Assembly: GCA_050013255.1 (NCBI GenBank)
Contig: JBEKFP010000001.1
Location: 416,001 to 480,000, forward strand
Source: Candidatus Bathyarchaeia archaeon
GTDB taxonomy: Archaea; Thermoproteota; Bathyarchaeia; 40CM-2-53-6
Direction of reading: 5' to 3'
DNA length: 64,000 bases
The notes under the pieces were generated by a model. The model was not told where the DNA came from, did no database searches, and worked only from the letters and a program-made list of their open reading frames with translations. This document shows, piece after piece, positions 49,382-59,384 of the stretch (position 1 is its first letter; the number at the start of each line of letters is the position of its first letter). The position numbers and the translations under genes were made by a program.

Positions 49382-50836
49382 ATGAAACAAATACCAACAA
49401 ACAGCGAAATTCTATCCGGAGTGTCATATGCATTGAGTACCCTTGAAGAATATAGGGCACAGATTCGAGAAACAGATAAACAACTTCTCTCCGTGATCAA
49501 AGAGCGATTAGTGCTTGGTGACCGGGTTGCCCACCTCAAAGAGAGAAAAGGCCTGCCGACCATAGACGCAGATGCTGAACAGGCCACTATGGTCAGCCTC
49601 GCGAATTTTGCTGGAAACTTGGGGATCGGCAAATCCTTCGCCAGAAGGTTAGGAGAATTACTGATCGAGGAAACCGTCAGCGTACAAGAACAAGCACGAC
49701 CTTCGAAGTCAAAGGATCAGCTTCTGAAGGAAATCTTTGAACTCACTCAGAAATTGATGGCTCAGGGCGAACGAATAACGAGATTCGAGATTGGAGAACC
49801 AAACTTCCCACCTTCACAGCAAGTAATTCGCGGCTTAAGCGATAGCTTCCGAAAGAAGAAAGTGATCGGCTACGGGCCAGCAGCCGGCTTGCTCGAATTG
49901 AGAAATGCTTTAGCAGATGAGATGAGTGAACAACACCGCACCAAGATTGACCCTGACCAGATATTAATCGTACCAGGTGGCAGATTCGCAATTTTCGCCA
50001 CAATTACCAGCTCTCTTTCCCCACTCGAACGCGCAATCATACCCCAACCCGCCTGGCCCGCGTACGAAGAGTGTGTGAACTTCGCTAGAGGTCGAGTAAT
50101 CACCGTGAATACGACTCTGGATAACGGATGGGAAATCGACATTGAACAGCTTGAGTTGGAACTACGAAAAGGGGTGCGTATCCTAGTTTTGAATAGTCCA
50201 AACAACCCGACGGGTAAGATAATCGGCAGAAAGAAGTTTGAAGAAATAGTTGACATGGCCCGCAAATACGAGACAATGATTCTTTCCGACGAAGTGTACG
50301 ACAGATACGCCCGAGCTTCACCCCCGAGCATACTTGAGACTCAATATGACAACGTAGTCTACATCAACAGCTTCTCCAAGCAGTTCAGTCTAACCGGGTG
50401 GAGAATTGCTTACTTAGTAACTACGAAAGAGAGGGCAATGCAGATCCGCCGCGTGATCCAAACTGCCGTAACCTGTGTCCCAGAATTCATCCAGCGGGCA
50501 GCACTCGTCGCGATCAAAAAAGGGCGCCATCATGCGAAGCGCAATATCGGAGCCATAATGAAGAAGGTTGACCTTACCTGCCGCGAACTAGAGAAAATAG
50601 ATGTTTCCTTCTACAAGCCCGAGGGGGCCTTCTACGTATTCCCCAAAGCGAACAAACCTAATTTCGACTCGTTAAGATTCGCTAAGCAACTTCTGGAGCA
50701 ACACAAGGTAAGTATTAGCCCGGGCCAATCATTTGGAGAGTATCCAGCGTTCTTCAGGCTTGCCATCTCACTGCCGGAGCGACAGATCCCAAGCGCCATA
50801 AGAGCGATTGGAGGGGCGATTGATTCATGGCCGTAG
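49382..50836 (+). CDS. Chorismate mutase (AroQ) fused to class I/II aminotransferase
   Basis: LEEYRAQIRETDKQLL...ER...VAHLK (AroQ); IGEPNF, NSPNNPTG, SDEVY, SFSKQFSLTGWR. Confidence 0.88.
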   Translation: MKQIPTNSEILSGVSYALSTLEEYRAQIRETDKQLLSVIKERLVLGDRVAHLKERKGLPTIDADAEQATMVSLANFAGNLGIGKSFARRLGELLIEETVSVQEQARPSKSKDQLLKEIFELTQKLMAQGERITRFEIGEPNFPPSQQVIRGLSDSFRKKKVIGYGPAAGLLELRNALADEMSEQHRTKIDPDQILIVPGGRFAIFATITSSLSPLERAIIPQPAWPAYEECVNFARGRVITVNTTLDNGWEIDIEQLELELRKGVRILVLNSPNNPTGKIIGRKKFEEIVDMARKYETMILSDEVYDRYARASPPSILETQYDNVVYINSFSKQFSLTGWRIAYLVTTKERAMQIRRVIQTAVTCVPEFIQRAALVAIKKGRHHAKRNIGAIMKKVDLTCRELEKIDVSFYKPEGAFYVFPKANKPNFDSLRFAKQLLEQHKVSISPGQSFGEYPAFFRLAISLPERQIPSAIRAIGGAIDSWP

Positions 50837-51708
50837 CAACAGTCATCGGCGGAGCAGGCAGAATGGGTGCTTGGTTTGCAGATTTCCTGAAGAAAAAAGG
50901 TTACCGAATTATCATCTCCGACAAGAACGATCGTCAAGGGAAGAATCTCGCCCGACAGAAAAGGTTCCGTTTCATCAAAGACTCTAGGCTTGCGGTTCAA
51001 CCCGCACAGTTAGTCGTTCTCGCTACCCCCACCGAGGCGACTAAGCACATTTTGTTGAAAATCGAACCTCATCTCTCTAGCAGCTGCCTCCTCGTTGAGA
51101 TATCATCAATCAAGGAACCTGTCAGAGCAATTCTTCAGAGCATGAAAAGGCGTGGAATTACTGTCCTTAGCATTCACCCAATGTTCGGCCCAGGAATCAA
51201 GAATCTCACAGGGAAAACAATTATTACAACTTTGCTTCCTCGCGGCAGAAGTGCCGCCGAATTTCTTTCACTCTTCCGGAAAGAGGGGGCGAGAATTATT
51301 CGCAGTGACTTTGATCAGCATGACAAGTTCGCATCCTTCACATTGGCCCTACCACACTTCATGAATGTCGCATTCGTCAATGTCCTGAAAACCTCCGGGC
51401 TTAGCCCGAACGAATTGAGGGCAGTAGCCGGGACAACATTCAAACTCCAGCTAATCATCGCCGAAATGGTTTACCGAGAAAGCTTTGGAAATGAAATTTC
51501 AATTTTGATGGACAGCAAGAACTTGCTGGAGACGCTGAAGGCCTTCGTGCGGTACAGCAATCGGACACTTTGGATGCTTGGCCGTGAGAAGAGGGGCGAT
51601 TTGCTTCAAGACCTCAGGAAAGGACAATGCTACCTTCAAAAGGATTTGATATTTCCCGGCGTGGATGGGCGCTTCAATGCGGCGGTTGAAGCTTCGAGCG
51701 CCCACTGA
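50827..51708 (+). CDS. tyrA: Prephenate/arogenate dehydrogenase
   Basis: IGGAGRMG, ISSIK, HPMFGP, HD...LPH. Confidence 0.9.
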   Translation: MAVATVIGGAGRMGAWFADFLKKKGYRIIISDKNDRQGKNLARQKRFRFIKDSRLAVQPAQLVVLATPTEATKHILLKIEPHLSSSCLLVEISSIKEPVRAILQSMKRRGITVLSIHPMFGPGIKNLTGKTIITTLLPRGRSAAEFLSLFRKEGARIIRSDFDQHDKFASFTLALPHFMNVAFVNVLKTSGLSPNELRAVAGTTFKLQLIIAEMVYRESFGNEISILMDSKNLLETLKAFVRYSNRTLWMLGREKRGDLLQDLRKGQCYLQKDLIFPGVDGRFNAAVEASSAH

Positions 51709-52825
51709 TGGGTTCATCGTGGTCCTTGCTGCCCAGAACGCGAGATATCACACCCGCCCGAAGGCAATGGTCAACTAGAACGATTGCAACTGCCGCCTCG
51801 ACCACTGGAACCGCTTTCGGAACTATGCACGGGTCGTGGCGGCCAGTTACCTGCACCATGGTATCGTGCATTTCCTTCAGATTGACCGTCTTTTGTTCCT
51901 TAGGAATTGACGAGGGCGGCTTGAACGCAACATGCACAATAATGGGCATGCCATTCGATAAACCGCCAAGTATACCGCCTGCATTATTGGTAAGGGTCTC
52001 AACCTTGCCCTCCCGCACTGTATAGGAATCGTTATTCTGGGACCCCTTCACAGCTGACGATTGAAACCCTAGACCAACCTCAAACCCCTTAACGGCTGGA
52101 ATGCTGAAAGCAATTTTCGCAAGGTCTGCGTCCAGGCTGTCAAAGAAAGGTTCCCCAACTCCGGGCGGCACTCCTGTGGCAATGCATTCCACAATCCCGC
52201 CGAGGCTGTCCCCCTCGCTTCGAGTTTTCATTATTATTTCCTTCATGTTGTCGGCTGTTTCTGGGTCCGCGCATCGTACTGAGTTCGAGTAAGCGTTCCG
52301 TTTTATGGCTTCATACGACAATTGTCGGTCCAACTTAATCGTGTGAATTTGGATAGCATGTGCGAAGACATCGATACCGACAGCGTGCAATAGTTTCTTC
52401 GCGATCGTCCCTGCCATTGTGATTGGGACGGTCAACCTGCCGCTAGCGCGGCCGCCCCCTCGGAGGTCGTTGAAGCCTCCGTATTTGATTCTCGTGGGGT
52501 AGTCGGCGTGTCCTGGCCTAGCTATGAACTTCAACTTGTCATAATCTTGTGACTTCACATCCTTATTCCAAGTGAGCATGGCAACTGGGGCTCCAGTGGT
52601 GTAACCCTCGTATACTCCTGAGAGAAACTGAACGTCATCCTTCTCACGGCGAGCTGAAGTCAGACCGGGGTCAGGTGGCATTCTGCGGTCAAGTTCGGCC
52701 CGCACATCGTCCACACTTAGCTCAAGCCCAGCAGGGCATCCGTCCACAACAACCGCTACTGCAGGACCGTGACTCTCACCAAATACGGTCACGCAGAACT
52801 GCTTTCCGAAGGAACTATCGGTCAA
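51674..52825 (-). CDS. aroC: Chorismate synthase
   Basis: FGESHG, RPGHAD, GGGRASGR, GRHDPC. Confidence 0.96.
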   Translation of the reverse strand: MTDSSFGKQFCVTVFGESHGPAVAVVVDGCPAGLELSVDDVRAELDRRMPPDPGLTSARREKDDVQFLSGVYEGYTTGAPVAMLTWNKDVKSQDYDKLKFIARPGHADYPTRIKYGGFNDLRGGGRASGRLTVPITMAGTIAKKLLHAVGIDVFAHAIQIHTIKLDRQLSYEAIKRNAYSNSVRCADPETADNMKEIIMKTRSEGDSLGGIVECIATGVPPGVGEPFFDSLDADLAKIAFSIPAVKGFEVGLGFQSSAVKGSQNNDSYTVREGKVETLTNNAGGILGGLSNGMPIIVHVAFKPPSSIPKEQKTVNLKEMHDTMVQVTGRHDPCIVPKAVPVVEAAVAIVLVDHCLRAGVISRVLGSKDHDEPISGRSKLQPPH

Positions 52826-54086
52826 CTATTTCAACTCCAAGTGATCGCAGATCATTGAAGAATGTGGGATATGATTTGCTTACGCATTCGGCATGCTTAA
52901 TGACAACTTGATCCCTTGCCCTTATCGCTGCTATAGAGAGTGCCATTGCAATCCTATGATCACCATGTGAGTCCACAATACCTGCCTCTAGAGAACATGG
53001 CCCAAACATAATCAGACCGTCTTCGGTCTCTTCGATATCAGCTCCAAGTGCCCCAAGCTCGGTAGCAATTGTCTCTAGCCTGTTTGATTCTTTGTAGCGC
53101 AACCTGCCCGCTCCGGTAATCTGCGTCTTTCCTTTGGCGTAGCAACCGAGAACAGCCACTATAGGGCCTAGGTCAGGGCAATCACGCAGGTCAACGTTGA
53201 TGCCCTTTAGTCTGGCACCTTCCACGAGTAGGCCCTCGGGGAGAGAACGCGCCTCAACCCCCATCTTGGAGAGGATTTCAACCATGACTGAATCAGGCTC
53301 AAGGCTATCCCTCGAAAGACCACGAATCAGTAACTTTGAGTCAGTTATGGCCGCTGCGGACATAGCAAACGCAGCGGAGGAAAAATCGCCCGAGACTCTG
53401 TGGGTAGCAGGCTTGTACGATTGCATTGGTGGTACAGTGAACGTTGACTTCTTGCCGTTTGAGCTAACATCAACCCCATGTTTCTTCATGACATCGATAG
53501 TCAGCGAAACGTAACGGTGTGATTCCAGCGGTGAGGTCAGCTCTAATTTCAACTCTTCTTCCATCAGCGGTGCAGCGAGAAGTAGGCCTGAGATGAATTG
53601 GGAGCTAATATCTCCTGGAATGCTAACCTTGCCACCTTTTGGTGGCCCTCCTTCGACGACAACGCAGTTCCGACTTGCTTCCACATCGACTCCGAGTTGC
53701 TTCATGGCTTCAACTAGTGGTTCGATCGGTCTCCCCATCAAACCCTCTTGACCCGCAAGCCTGATTTTCTCCCCTGTCAGCGAAGCGACGGGTATGGTGA
53801 AACGCAAGGTAACTCCGGATTGACCGCATTGAACTTCCTTTCTGGGCGCTGTGGGGCGTCCGTTACTTTGAATGGCCCAAGCGTTTGGCCCACGTTCGAG
53901 TTTTGCTCCGAGGGACGAAATAGCAGCCGTAGTTGCCTCCGTGTCATCGCACGAGAGCGGATTCATAATCTTCGTAACACCCCGGGACAAAAGTCCTGCA
54001 AAGAGCGCCCTATGGGTGTGGGCTTTGGAAGGTGGTGCCCATATCTCGCCGATTAGAACGCTTTTCGGGGTTACGGTAACGTTCAA
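52815..54086 (-). CDS. aroA: EPSP synthase
   Basis: PPSKAHTHR, SSQFISGLL, LRYKESNR, DHRIAM; TTG start overlaps aroK stop. Confidence 0.95.
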   Translation of the reverse strand: MNVTVTPKSVLIGEIWAPPSKAHTHRALFAGLLSRGVTKIMNPLSCDDTEATTAAISSLGAKLERGPNAWAIQSNGRPTAPRKEVQCGQSGVTLRFTIPVASLTGEKIRLAGQEGLMGRPIEPLVEAMKQLGVDVEASRNCVVVEGGPPKGGKVSIPGDISSQFISGLLLAAPLMEEELKLELTSPLESHRYVSLTIDVMKKHGVDVSSNGKKSTFTVPPMQSYKPATHRVSGDFSSAAFAMSAAAITDSKLLIRGLSRDSLEPDSVMVEILSKMGVEARSLPEGLLVEGARLKGINVDLRDCPDLGPIVAVLGCYAKGKTQITGAGRLRYKESNRLETIATELGALGADIEETEDGLIMFGPCSLEAGIVDSHGDHRIAMALSIAAIRARDQVVIKHAECVSKSYPTFFNDLRSLGVEIVDR

Positions 54087-54964
54087 CTTTTCACCCTCGA
54101 GGATTGAGCTTTCTGGAAGTTGAATGATGTTTCGATGATTCTGCCCGGGAGCAAGTTCCATGCGGAAAGAACACCCTTCACCTTAGTCCTTGGGACGATA
54201 GCAGCAACCGCAGGCCCCTTTCCTGTCAGGCCGGCAGCGATAGCCCCTTCGTGAAGAGCCTCTCTAATCGATTTTGTATCGTACCCAAAGGCTTTGCAAT
54301 AAACCAAACCATTCAACGTCATCGAGTTCCAATAGTTTCCGCTCAAGGCCTCTCGGTGTGCAACTTGGACGAATGGCCTGAATTTTCTCAAAGATGCTCG
54401 ATCAACTTCGCTGGTGTACTTTTTGCGGTTTGGAACATGAATGAACACCCGAAAATGATCCTTCGGCTTGAAACGTTTCAGAATCCGCCTGTGCACATTG
54501 TCCGTTACTACGAGCCCGCCGAAGTAGCACGCGCACGCGTCGTCATAGGCTCCGGTCAGCGTCACTCCTGCCCGGAAGCTGGCCTCAACACCCAGTTTCA
54601 CGGTCTGAATATCGTTTACTTTCCTACCCAGAACTTTCAGGCTGGCGATTGCAACGGCGTTGCTTGCAGCGCTGCTGCTTTTCAAGCCGACTGCAATAGG
54701 AATATTGGAATTCGTTTCAATGAGCGCCCCGAAACGTTTGTCTTTTCTGAATCGTTGAAACACATGGCGAGCTGTTGTTTCAATTAGGTTCGGGTCTTCC
54801 TTCGGGTCAGTCAAATTACGCCCAACAAACTGGTGTGGTCGGTTTGTAAGCGTCACTTTCGCTCGCGTCCAAAGCCTAACGCCGAGTGCTGCGCCTCTGC
54901 CGGTGGCCATGGCGTTCACTATGGTTACGGCTCCATGGCTCACTGCCTCAGCTACTTTTCGCAT
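54083..54964 (-). CDS. aroK: Archaeal (GHMP) shikimate kinase
   Basis: GAVTIVNAMATG, GLKSSSA, TGAYDDA, TGKGP. Confidence 0.93.
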   Translation of the reverse strand: MRKVAEAVSHGAVTIVNAMATGRGAALGVRLWTRAKVTLTNRPHQFVGRNLTDPKEDPNLIETTARHVFQRFRKDKRFGALIETNSNIPIAVGLKSSSAASNAVAIASLKVLGRKVNDIQTVKLGVEASFRAGVTLTGAYDDACACYFGGLVVTDNVHRRILKRFKPKDHFRVFIHVPNRKKYTSEVDRASLRKFRPFVQVAHREALSGNYWNSMTLNGLVYCKAFGYDTKSIREALHEGAIAAGLTGKGPAVAAIVPRTKVKGVLSAWNLLPGRIIETSFNFQKAQSSRVKS

Positions 54965-55835
54965 GCTCCATCGCCAGTATGGTCTGGCTCATTGCACGAC
55001 GCATCTCGATAATTGGAGCGCGCCTTCCTGTCCACAGCTCGAACGCGCATGCGCCTTGGTTGACTAACATGTCTAGGCCGTTGACGCTCTTTGCACCTGC
55101 CAAGTTGGCAAGTTCGAGCAGTTTAGTATGAGGCGGCTTGTAAACAATATCGAAAACGCACTGATCGTGGCTCAACCATTCTGCTGCGATCGGAGGAATG
55201 GACACGCCATCCATCCCCATGGAGGACGCGTTAACCACAATGTTCGCCTGCTGGACGAAATCCTTGAGCATCCTATCCGAGATAGAGGCATATTCGACCT
55301 CAATGTGGAGCTTCCTTCTTATCCTTAGTACGAGCTGCTTAGACTTTGCAACGGTTCTGTTCACGAGTCGAATTGAGGAAGCACGTTGAGCCAGCGTGTA
55401 TGCAATAGCTCGGCTTGCGCCACCAGCCCCGAAAATAAGAACCGACTTTCCGTCAGGCGATACGCCAACCTCCTTTAACGCCCTGAGAGCACCTACCCCA
55501 TCGGTGTTGTAACCTCGGAGTTTTCCATTTTCATTGATTACAGTGTTGACGGAGCCGATCGCGTCAGCTGAGGGTTCAATCATGTCAAGATAGGGCTGGA
55601 CAGTCACCTTGTGAGGCGCAGTAACATTGAAACCCTTCACACCCGAGGCTCGCAAGCCTTTGACAGCGTCCCTCAGATTCCGCCGCGTTACATGGAGAGG
55701 CACGTAGACGGCATTTATTTCGGTTGAGCGAAAGGCAACGTTTTGGATTTTGGGGCTCAAGGAGTGGTCAATGGGGTCCCCTATCAAAGCATAGACCGCT
55801 GTGCTTCCAGAAATTCTTCCGCTACTAAACTCCAA
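54948..55835 (-). CDS. aroE: Shikimate dehydrogenase
   Basis: GDPIDHSLSP, NVTAPHK, NTDG, GAGGA; start approximate. Confidence 0.95.
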   Translation of the reverse strand: MEFSSGRISGSTAVYALIGDPIDHSLSPKIQNVAFRSTEINAVYVPLHVTRRNLRDAVKGLRASGVKGFNVTAPHKVTVQPYLDMIEPSADAIGSVNTVINENGKLRGYNTDGVGALRALKEVGVSPDGKSVLIFGAGGASRAIAYTLAQRASSIRLVNRTVAKSKQLVLRIRRKLHIEVEYASISDRMLKDFVQQANIVVNASSMGMDGVSIPPIAAEWLSHDQCVFDIVYKPPHTKLLELANLAGAKSVNGLDMLVNQGACAFELWTGRRAPIIEMRRAMSQTILAMEHAKSS

Positions 55836-56484
55836 GTAGTTGCCACGCACTTCGAAGGTTATCAATGGTCAATTGGCCGTCTGCCGTCTTGGAGGCCTCA
55901 GTGAGTGAGGCAAAAGTAAATTCCGCGCCGAAAAGGGGCGAGAGAATTCTTGAGGCGATACCGTGATGTCCCATCGCAAATGACACTAGCCTAGTTTTCG
56001 ATGATTCCTCTTCGAGGAAGCGTAATATGCTCAGGTTGTCGCGTGGACAGAGTGCGGTTGTAACGACCTTGCAGACATCGCTCCCTGCCTTGATTTCGGA
56101 GTCCAAGACCTCACCCAATTCATTTCGTGAAGGAGTTTTTGAAAAGTCGTGGAACGACACAATCACTCCCGATCCCATGGACTTCACCTGACGGACATCA
56201 GACCGTACATGTGGAGAAGCAAGATCTAAATCGATGAATTCAAAACCTGAGGATGCGGCTGTCATGAGGCGCTTTCTTGTCGTGGCTGCGTCTCGATTGG
56301 ACTTGTCGGCAGCTATCGCCGGGAATGTTTTCTTGTGAGCAATATCCTCAAGCGCTGCAAAATTACTCAGGTTGTCGAGTCGAAACTCCACTAAATCTGG
56401 TTTCTTTTGTGATAGCAGGCCCATCAGTTGGTCGAGGTTTTCGCTGCCGTCTACCATGACCGAGAGGCAGATTCGGCAGGTCAA
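55825..56484 (-). CDS. aroD: Type I 3-dehydroquinate dehydratase
   Basis: VEFRLD, VSFHDF, CKVV, FAMG, TADGQ. Confidence 0.9.
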   Translation of the reverse strand: MTCRICLSVMVDGSENLDQLMGLLSQKKPDLVEFRLDNLSNFAALEDIAHKKTFPAIAADKSNRDAATTRKRLMTAASSGFEFIDLDLASPHVRSDVRQVKSMGSGVIVSFHDFSKTPSRNELGEVLDSEIKAGSDVCKVVTTALCPRDNLSILRFLEEESSKTRLVSFAMGHHGIASRILSPLFGAEFTFASLTEASKTADGQLTIDNLRSAWQLLGV

Positions 56485-57539
56485 CGCTCTATCGCCATTT
56501 CATCGGCCACGAGCGTTCCGAAATGCCGTCCGCCATCTTCAATCCTGACTAAGACTTCATCGCCCGATTTGAGTTCCGAAACTGACTTCGAAGCCCCGTC
56601 GGAGACTAGGCGCACTGTTTCTGCGTTCTGGACTATGAATGCGAACAAACGTCCATTAACTTCTGTTTCAACCAGAACCATCGGTCGCCTTTCGATTTTC
56701 ACTCGCCCAATGTGCCCCGTTCTCGCACGACCCGACCTGTTCACGATTAGGACCTCGTCCCCTGTTTTCAGTTCTGAAAGGTAACGGGTCTTGTGGTCCG
56801 GGGTTAGGACATAGGATGAAACGGGTCCTGCGTTGACCCTGAAAGGTCGCGGTTCAACATGTGGATTCTTGTGGACCTCAGCTTCCACCAAGAACAAACC
56901 CGATGACTGGGACCCTACTAGCATACCTTCCCCTGGATCCATCAGTTCGCACGTGTCGACGCAGACACGAGCACCCATTCCTATTGGCCTGACCAACGTA
57001 ACGCTCCCTCTAAGTAAAGCGACCTTTTGTTGCATCTGCTTCAGAAATCGTTCCATTTCTTCGATGTCGTTCGGGGAATTTGGTGTAATGACTACTCCAT
57101 CAACCCCAAGTTCTAAGGTTTGCAACGCAACCTTAGCATCACTGACGTTTGCAACATCGGCTAAGAGGACGGCCTTGTTCCTTGTGCGAGCGATGAGGTT
57201 TTCAAGAGGGATAATTTTCCAGTTGGGGCATCGGACTAGGATGTAGCGAATGCCTAACGCAGCCAGCCGAACAACTTTCTGCTCATCTGAATTGTCTTTT
57301 ACTATAACCTCAAGGGCTGAGTTACCTGAAACGCTCTCGCCCACGTCGTGATGGCCTGACAGAAGTTTGATTTCGGAACGTTCATCAGTTGAAGCCGTCT
57401 TTAGTTTCAAGCCACTGGCAAGTGACAGGTCAGCGGGTTGTAGCAATGCAACGTCGCAACGACCTTCAGCGGTTTTGAGTAGCTCCGCTTTGTGGGTTGA
57501 AGTGGTGTTAGGATCGATTCTAATCCAGAGCTGCTTCAC
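56481..57539 (-). CDS. aroB': 3-dehydroquinate synthase II
   Basis: WKIIPLENLIA, RVCVDT, RPFRVNAG, QNAETVRL, GRHFG. Confidence 0.95.
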   Translation of the reverse strand: MKQLWIRIDPNTTSTHKAELLKTAEGRCDVALLQPADLSLASGLKLKTASTDERSEIKLLSGHHDVGESVSGNSALEVIVKDNSDEQKVVRLAALGIRYILVRCPNWKIIPLENLIARTRNKAVLLADVANVSDAKVALQTLELGVDGVVITPNSPNDIEEMERFLKQMQQKVALLRGSVTLVRPIGMGARVCVDTCELMDPGEGMLVGSQSSGLFLVEAEVHKNPHVEPRPFRVNAGPVSSYVLTPDHKTRYLSELKTGDEVLIVNRSGRARTGHIGRVKIERRPMVLVETEVNGRLFAFIVQNAETVRLVSDGASKSVSELKSGDEVLVRIEDGGRHFGTLVADEMAIER

Positions 57540-58327
57540 TAAGATGACCCCAGCAACTTCATGGAGCTTTGTGCGCTAGCACCTCCATGAACAATCGCGG
57601 ACAAGGCCTTGCACATAGCCTCTGGTTTTTCGTGTTGGAACACGTTTCGACCAAAGGAGAGGCCTGCGGCGCCAGATTTGATGGAGTTTTCCGCGAGTTC
57701 GAGAACTTCCAAATCGGTTTTCGTCCTAGGGCCGCCAGCCACTACCACTGGAACCGGACAACCGTTGACAACTTTTCTGAAGCTTTCCTGGTCACCGGTG
57801 TAGACTGTCTTAACAATGTCTGCTCCGAGTTCTGCTCCAATTCTAGCTGCGTGGGAAACAACTTCGAATTCATTTTCGCTCTTTATGTTCGGCCCCCTCG
57901 GATACATCATTGCAAGGAGCGGTATCCCGAAAGAATCACACTGCTCAGATAGGTTCCCTAGAAACTCAAGCATCTCATGCTCTTCATCAGCCCCGATGTT
58001 TATGTGGGCCGAAACCGCATCTGCGCCAAGCCTGACCGCTTCCTCAACCGTGCATACGCCGACTTTGAGGTTTGGTTTACTTCCAAGAGTGGTTGAGGCG
58101 GAGACATGGATAATGAGCCCGTGGTTGTGAGTGTCCACGTGTTTTGCAATGCCCTTGTGTACTAAGACCGCGTCTGCTCCACCATTGAAAACAGCCCTTA
58201 TGATTGCTTGCATATTCTCCAACCCTCGTACAGGGCCGAGTGTGACGCCATGATCCATCGCGATCATGAAGGTCTTCGAATCATCCCGCATGATCCGCCG
58301 CATCCTCCTCGTCTTTCCCGATTCCAT
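57539..58327 (-). CDS. aroA': 2-amino-3,7-dideoxy-D-threo-hept-6-ulosonate synthase
   Basis: MDHGVTLGP, MMYPRG, GADIVKT (Schiff-base Lys), GRNVFQ; adjacent to DHQS II. Confidence 0.92.
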   Translation of the reverse strand: MESGKTRRMRRIMRDDSKTFMIAMDHGVTLGPVRGLENMQAIIRAVFNGGADAVLVHKGIAKHVDTHNHGLIIHVSASTTLGSKPNLKVGVCTVEEAVRLGADAVSAHINIGADEEHEMLEFLGNLSEQCDSFGIPLLAMMYPRGPNIKSENEFEVVSHAARIGAELGADIVKTVYTGDQESFRKVVNGCPVPVVVAGGPRTKTDLEVLELAENSIKSGAAGLSFGRNVFQHEKPEAMCKALSAIVHGGASAQSSMKLLGSS

Positions 58328-58340
58328 TTCAATATCACCG

Positions 58341-59384
58341 TCAAATGTAGCCTTGAGATTTCATCGACTCGGCTATGAGAACAGCACAACCCGCAGCACC
58401 ACGAACTGTGTTATGGCCGAGGGCAACATACTTCACGCCATCAAACACAGGATCCTTCCTCACCCGCCCCACAACAACAGACATACCACGCCCTTCATTT
58501 CTATCGAAACGCGGTTGCGGCCGGTCCTGTTCTGACCGCACAATGATCGGTCGTTCTGGGGCCGAAGGTAGTTTCAGCTCTTGTGGTTCTGCGGCAAACG
58601 CAGCCATGCAATCGACGACCTGTTCGGGCGTCGATGGCTTCACGGTTTGGACGAAGACGGCTTCTGTGTGCCCGTCGATTACTGGCACGCGGTGGCAGCT
58701 AGCCGATAAATTGAACTCCGCTGAATGCCCAACATTGCCCAGAATTTTCTGAGTTTCCCGTTGAACTTTTTCCTCTTCATCCTTTATGAATGGGATCACA
58801 TTGTCGATTATGTCCAGCGACGCAACGCCTGGGTAGCCAGCGCCGGATACTGCTTGCATTGAAGACATGACGACATTCTTCAGGCCGAATTTGTCAAAAA
58901 TAGGTTTCAATGAAAGGCTGAGGACAGCCGTCGTACAGTTAGGGTTGGTTACTAGCGCACCGTCCCATCTCCGTTTGTGCCTTTGCTCGTCGATAAGTTT
59001 CAGATGATTGAAGTTCGCTTCGGGGTTCAACAGCGGGACATCGGCCTCCATCCTGTATGCTGAAGCGTTACTTACTACAGCATAGCCAGCCCTTGCGAAA
59101 GCCTCCTCAGTTCCAACCGCTTGATCAGCCGGGAGGGCCGAGAAGACAACCTCCGCATCAACTTCCTTGGGATTAGAAGGCTGGATGGTCAGTTCAGCGA
59201 TTCTTTCCTTCAGTCGAGTTTCCATTTTCCAATTAGCCGCTTCGCCATACCGTAGTCCAGCGCTCCTTTCAGACCCCGTTAGAGTTGTAATCTCGAACCA
59301 TGGGTGATCGTTCAATAGCTGTACGAACCGTTGGCCGACAAGGCCGGTTGCCCCTAGGATTGCCGCTTTCACCCTACAACTCAC
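58341..59384 (-). CDS. asd: Aspartate-semialdehyde dehydrogenase
   Basis: GATGLVGQ, TNPNCTT, QAVSGAG, HNTVRGAAG. Confidence 0.96.
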   Translation of the reverse strand: MSCRVKAAILGATGLVGQRFVQLLNDHPWFEITTLTGSERSAGLRYGEAANWKMETRLKERIAELTIQPSNPKEVDAEVVFSALPADQAVGTEEAFARAGYAVVSNASAYRMEADVPLLNPEANFNHLKLIDEQRHKRRWDGALVTNPNCTTAVLSLSLKPIFDKFGLKNVVMSSMQAVSGAGYPGVASLDIIDNVIPFIKDEEEKVQRETQKILGNVGHSAEFNLSASCHRVPVIDGHTEAVFVQTVKPSTPEQVVDCMAAFAAEPQELKLPSAPERPIIVRSEQDRPQPRFDRNEGRGMSVVVGRVRKDPVFDGVKYVALGHNTVRGAAGCAVLIAESMKSQGYI

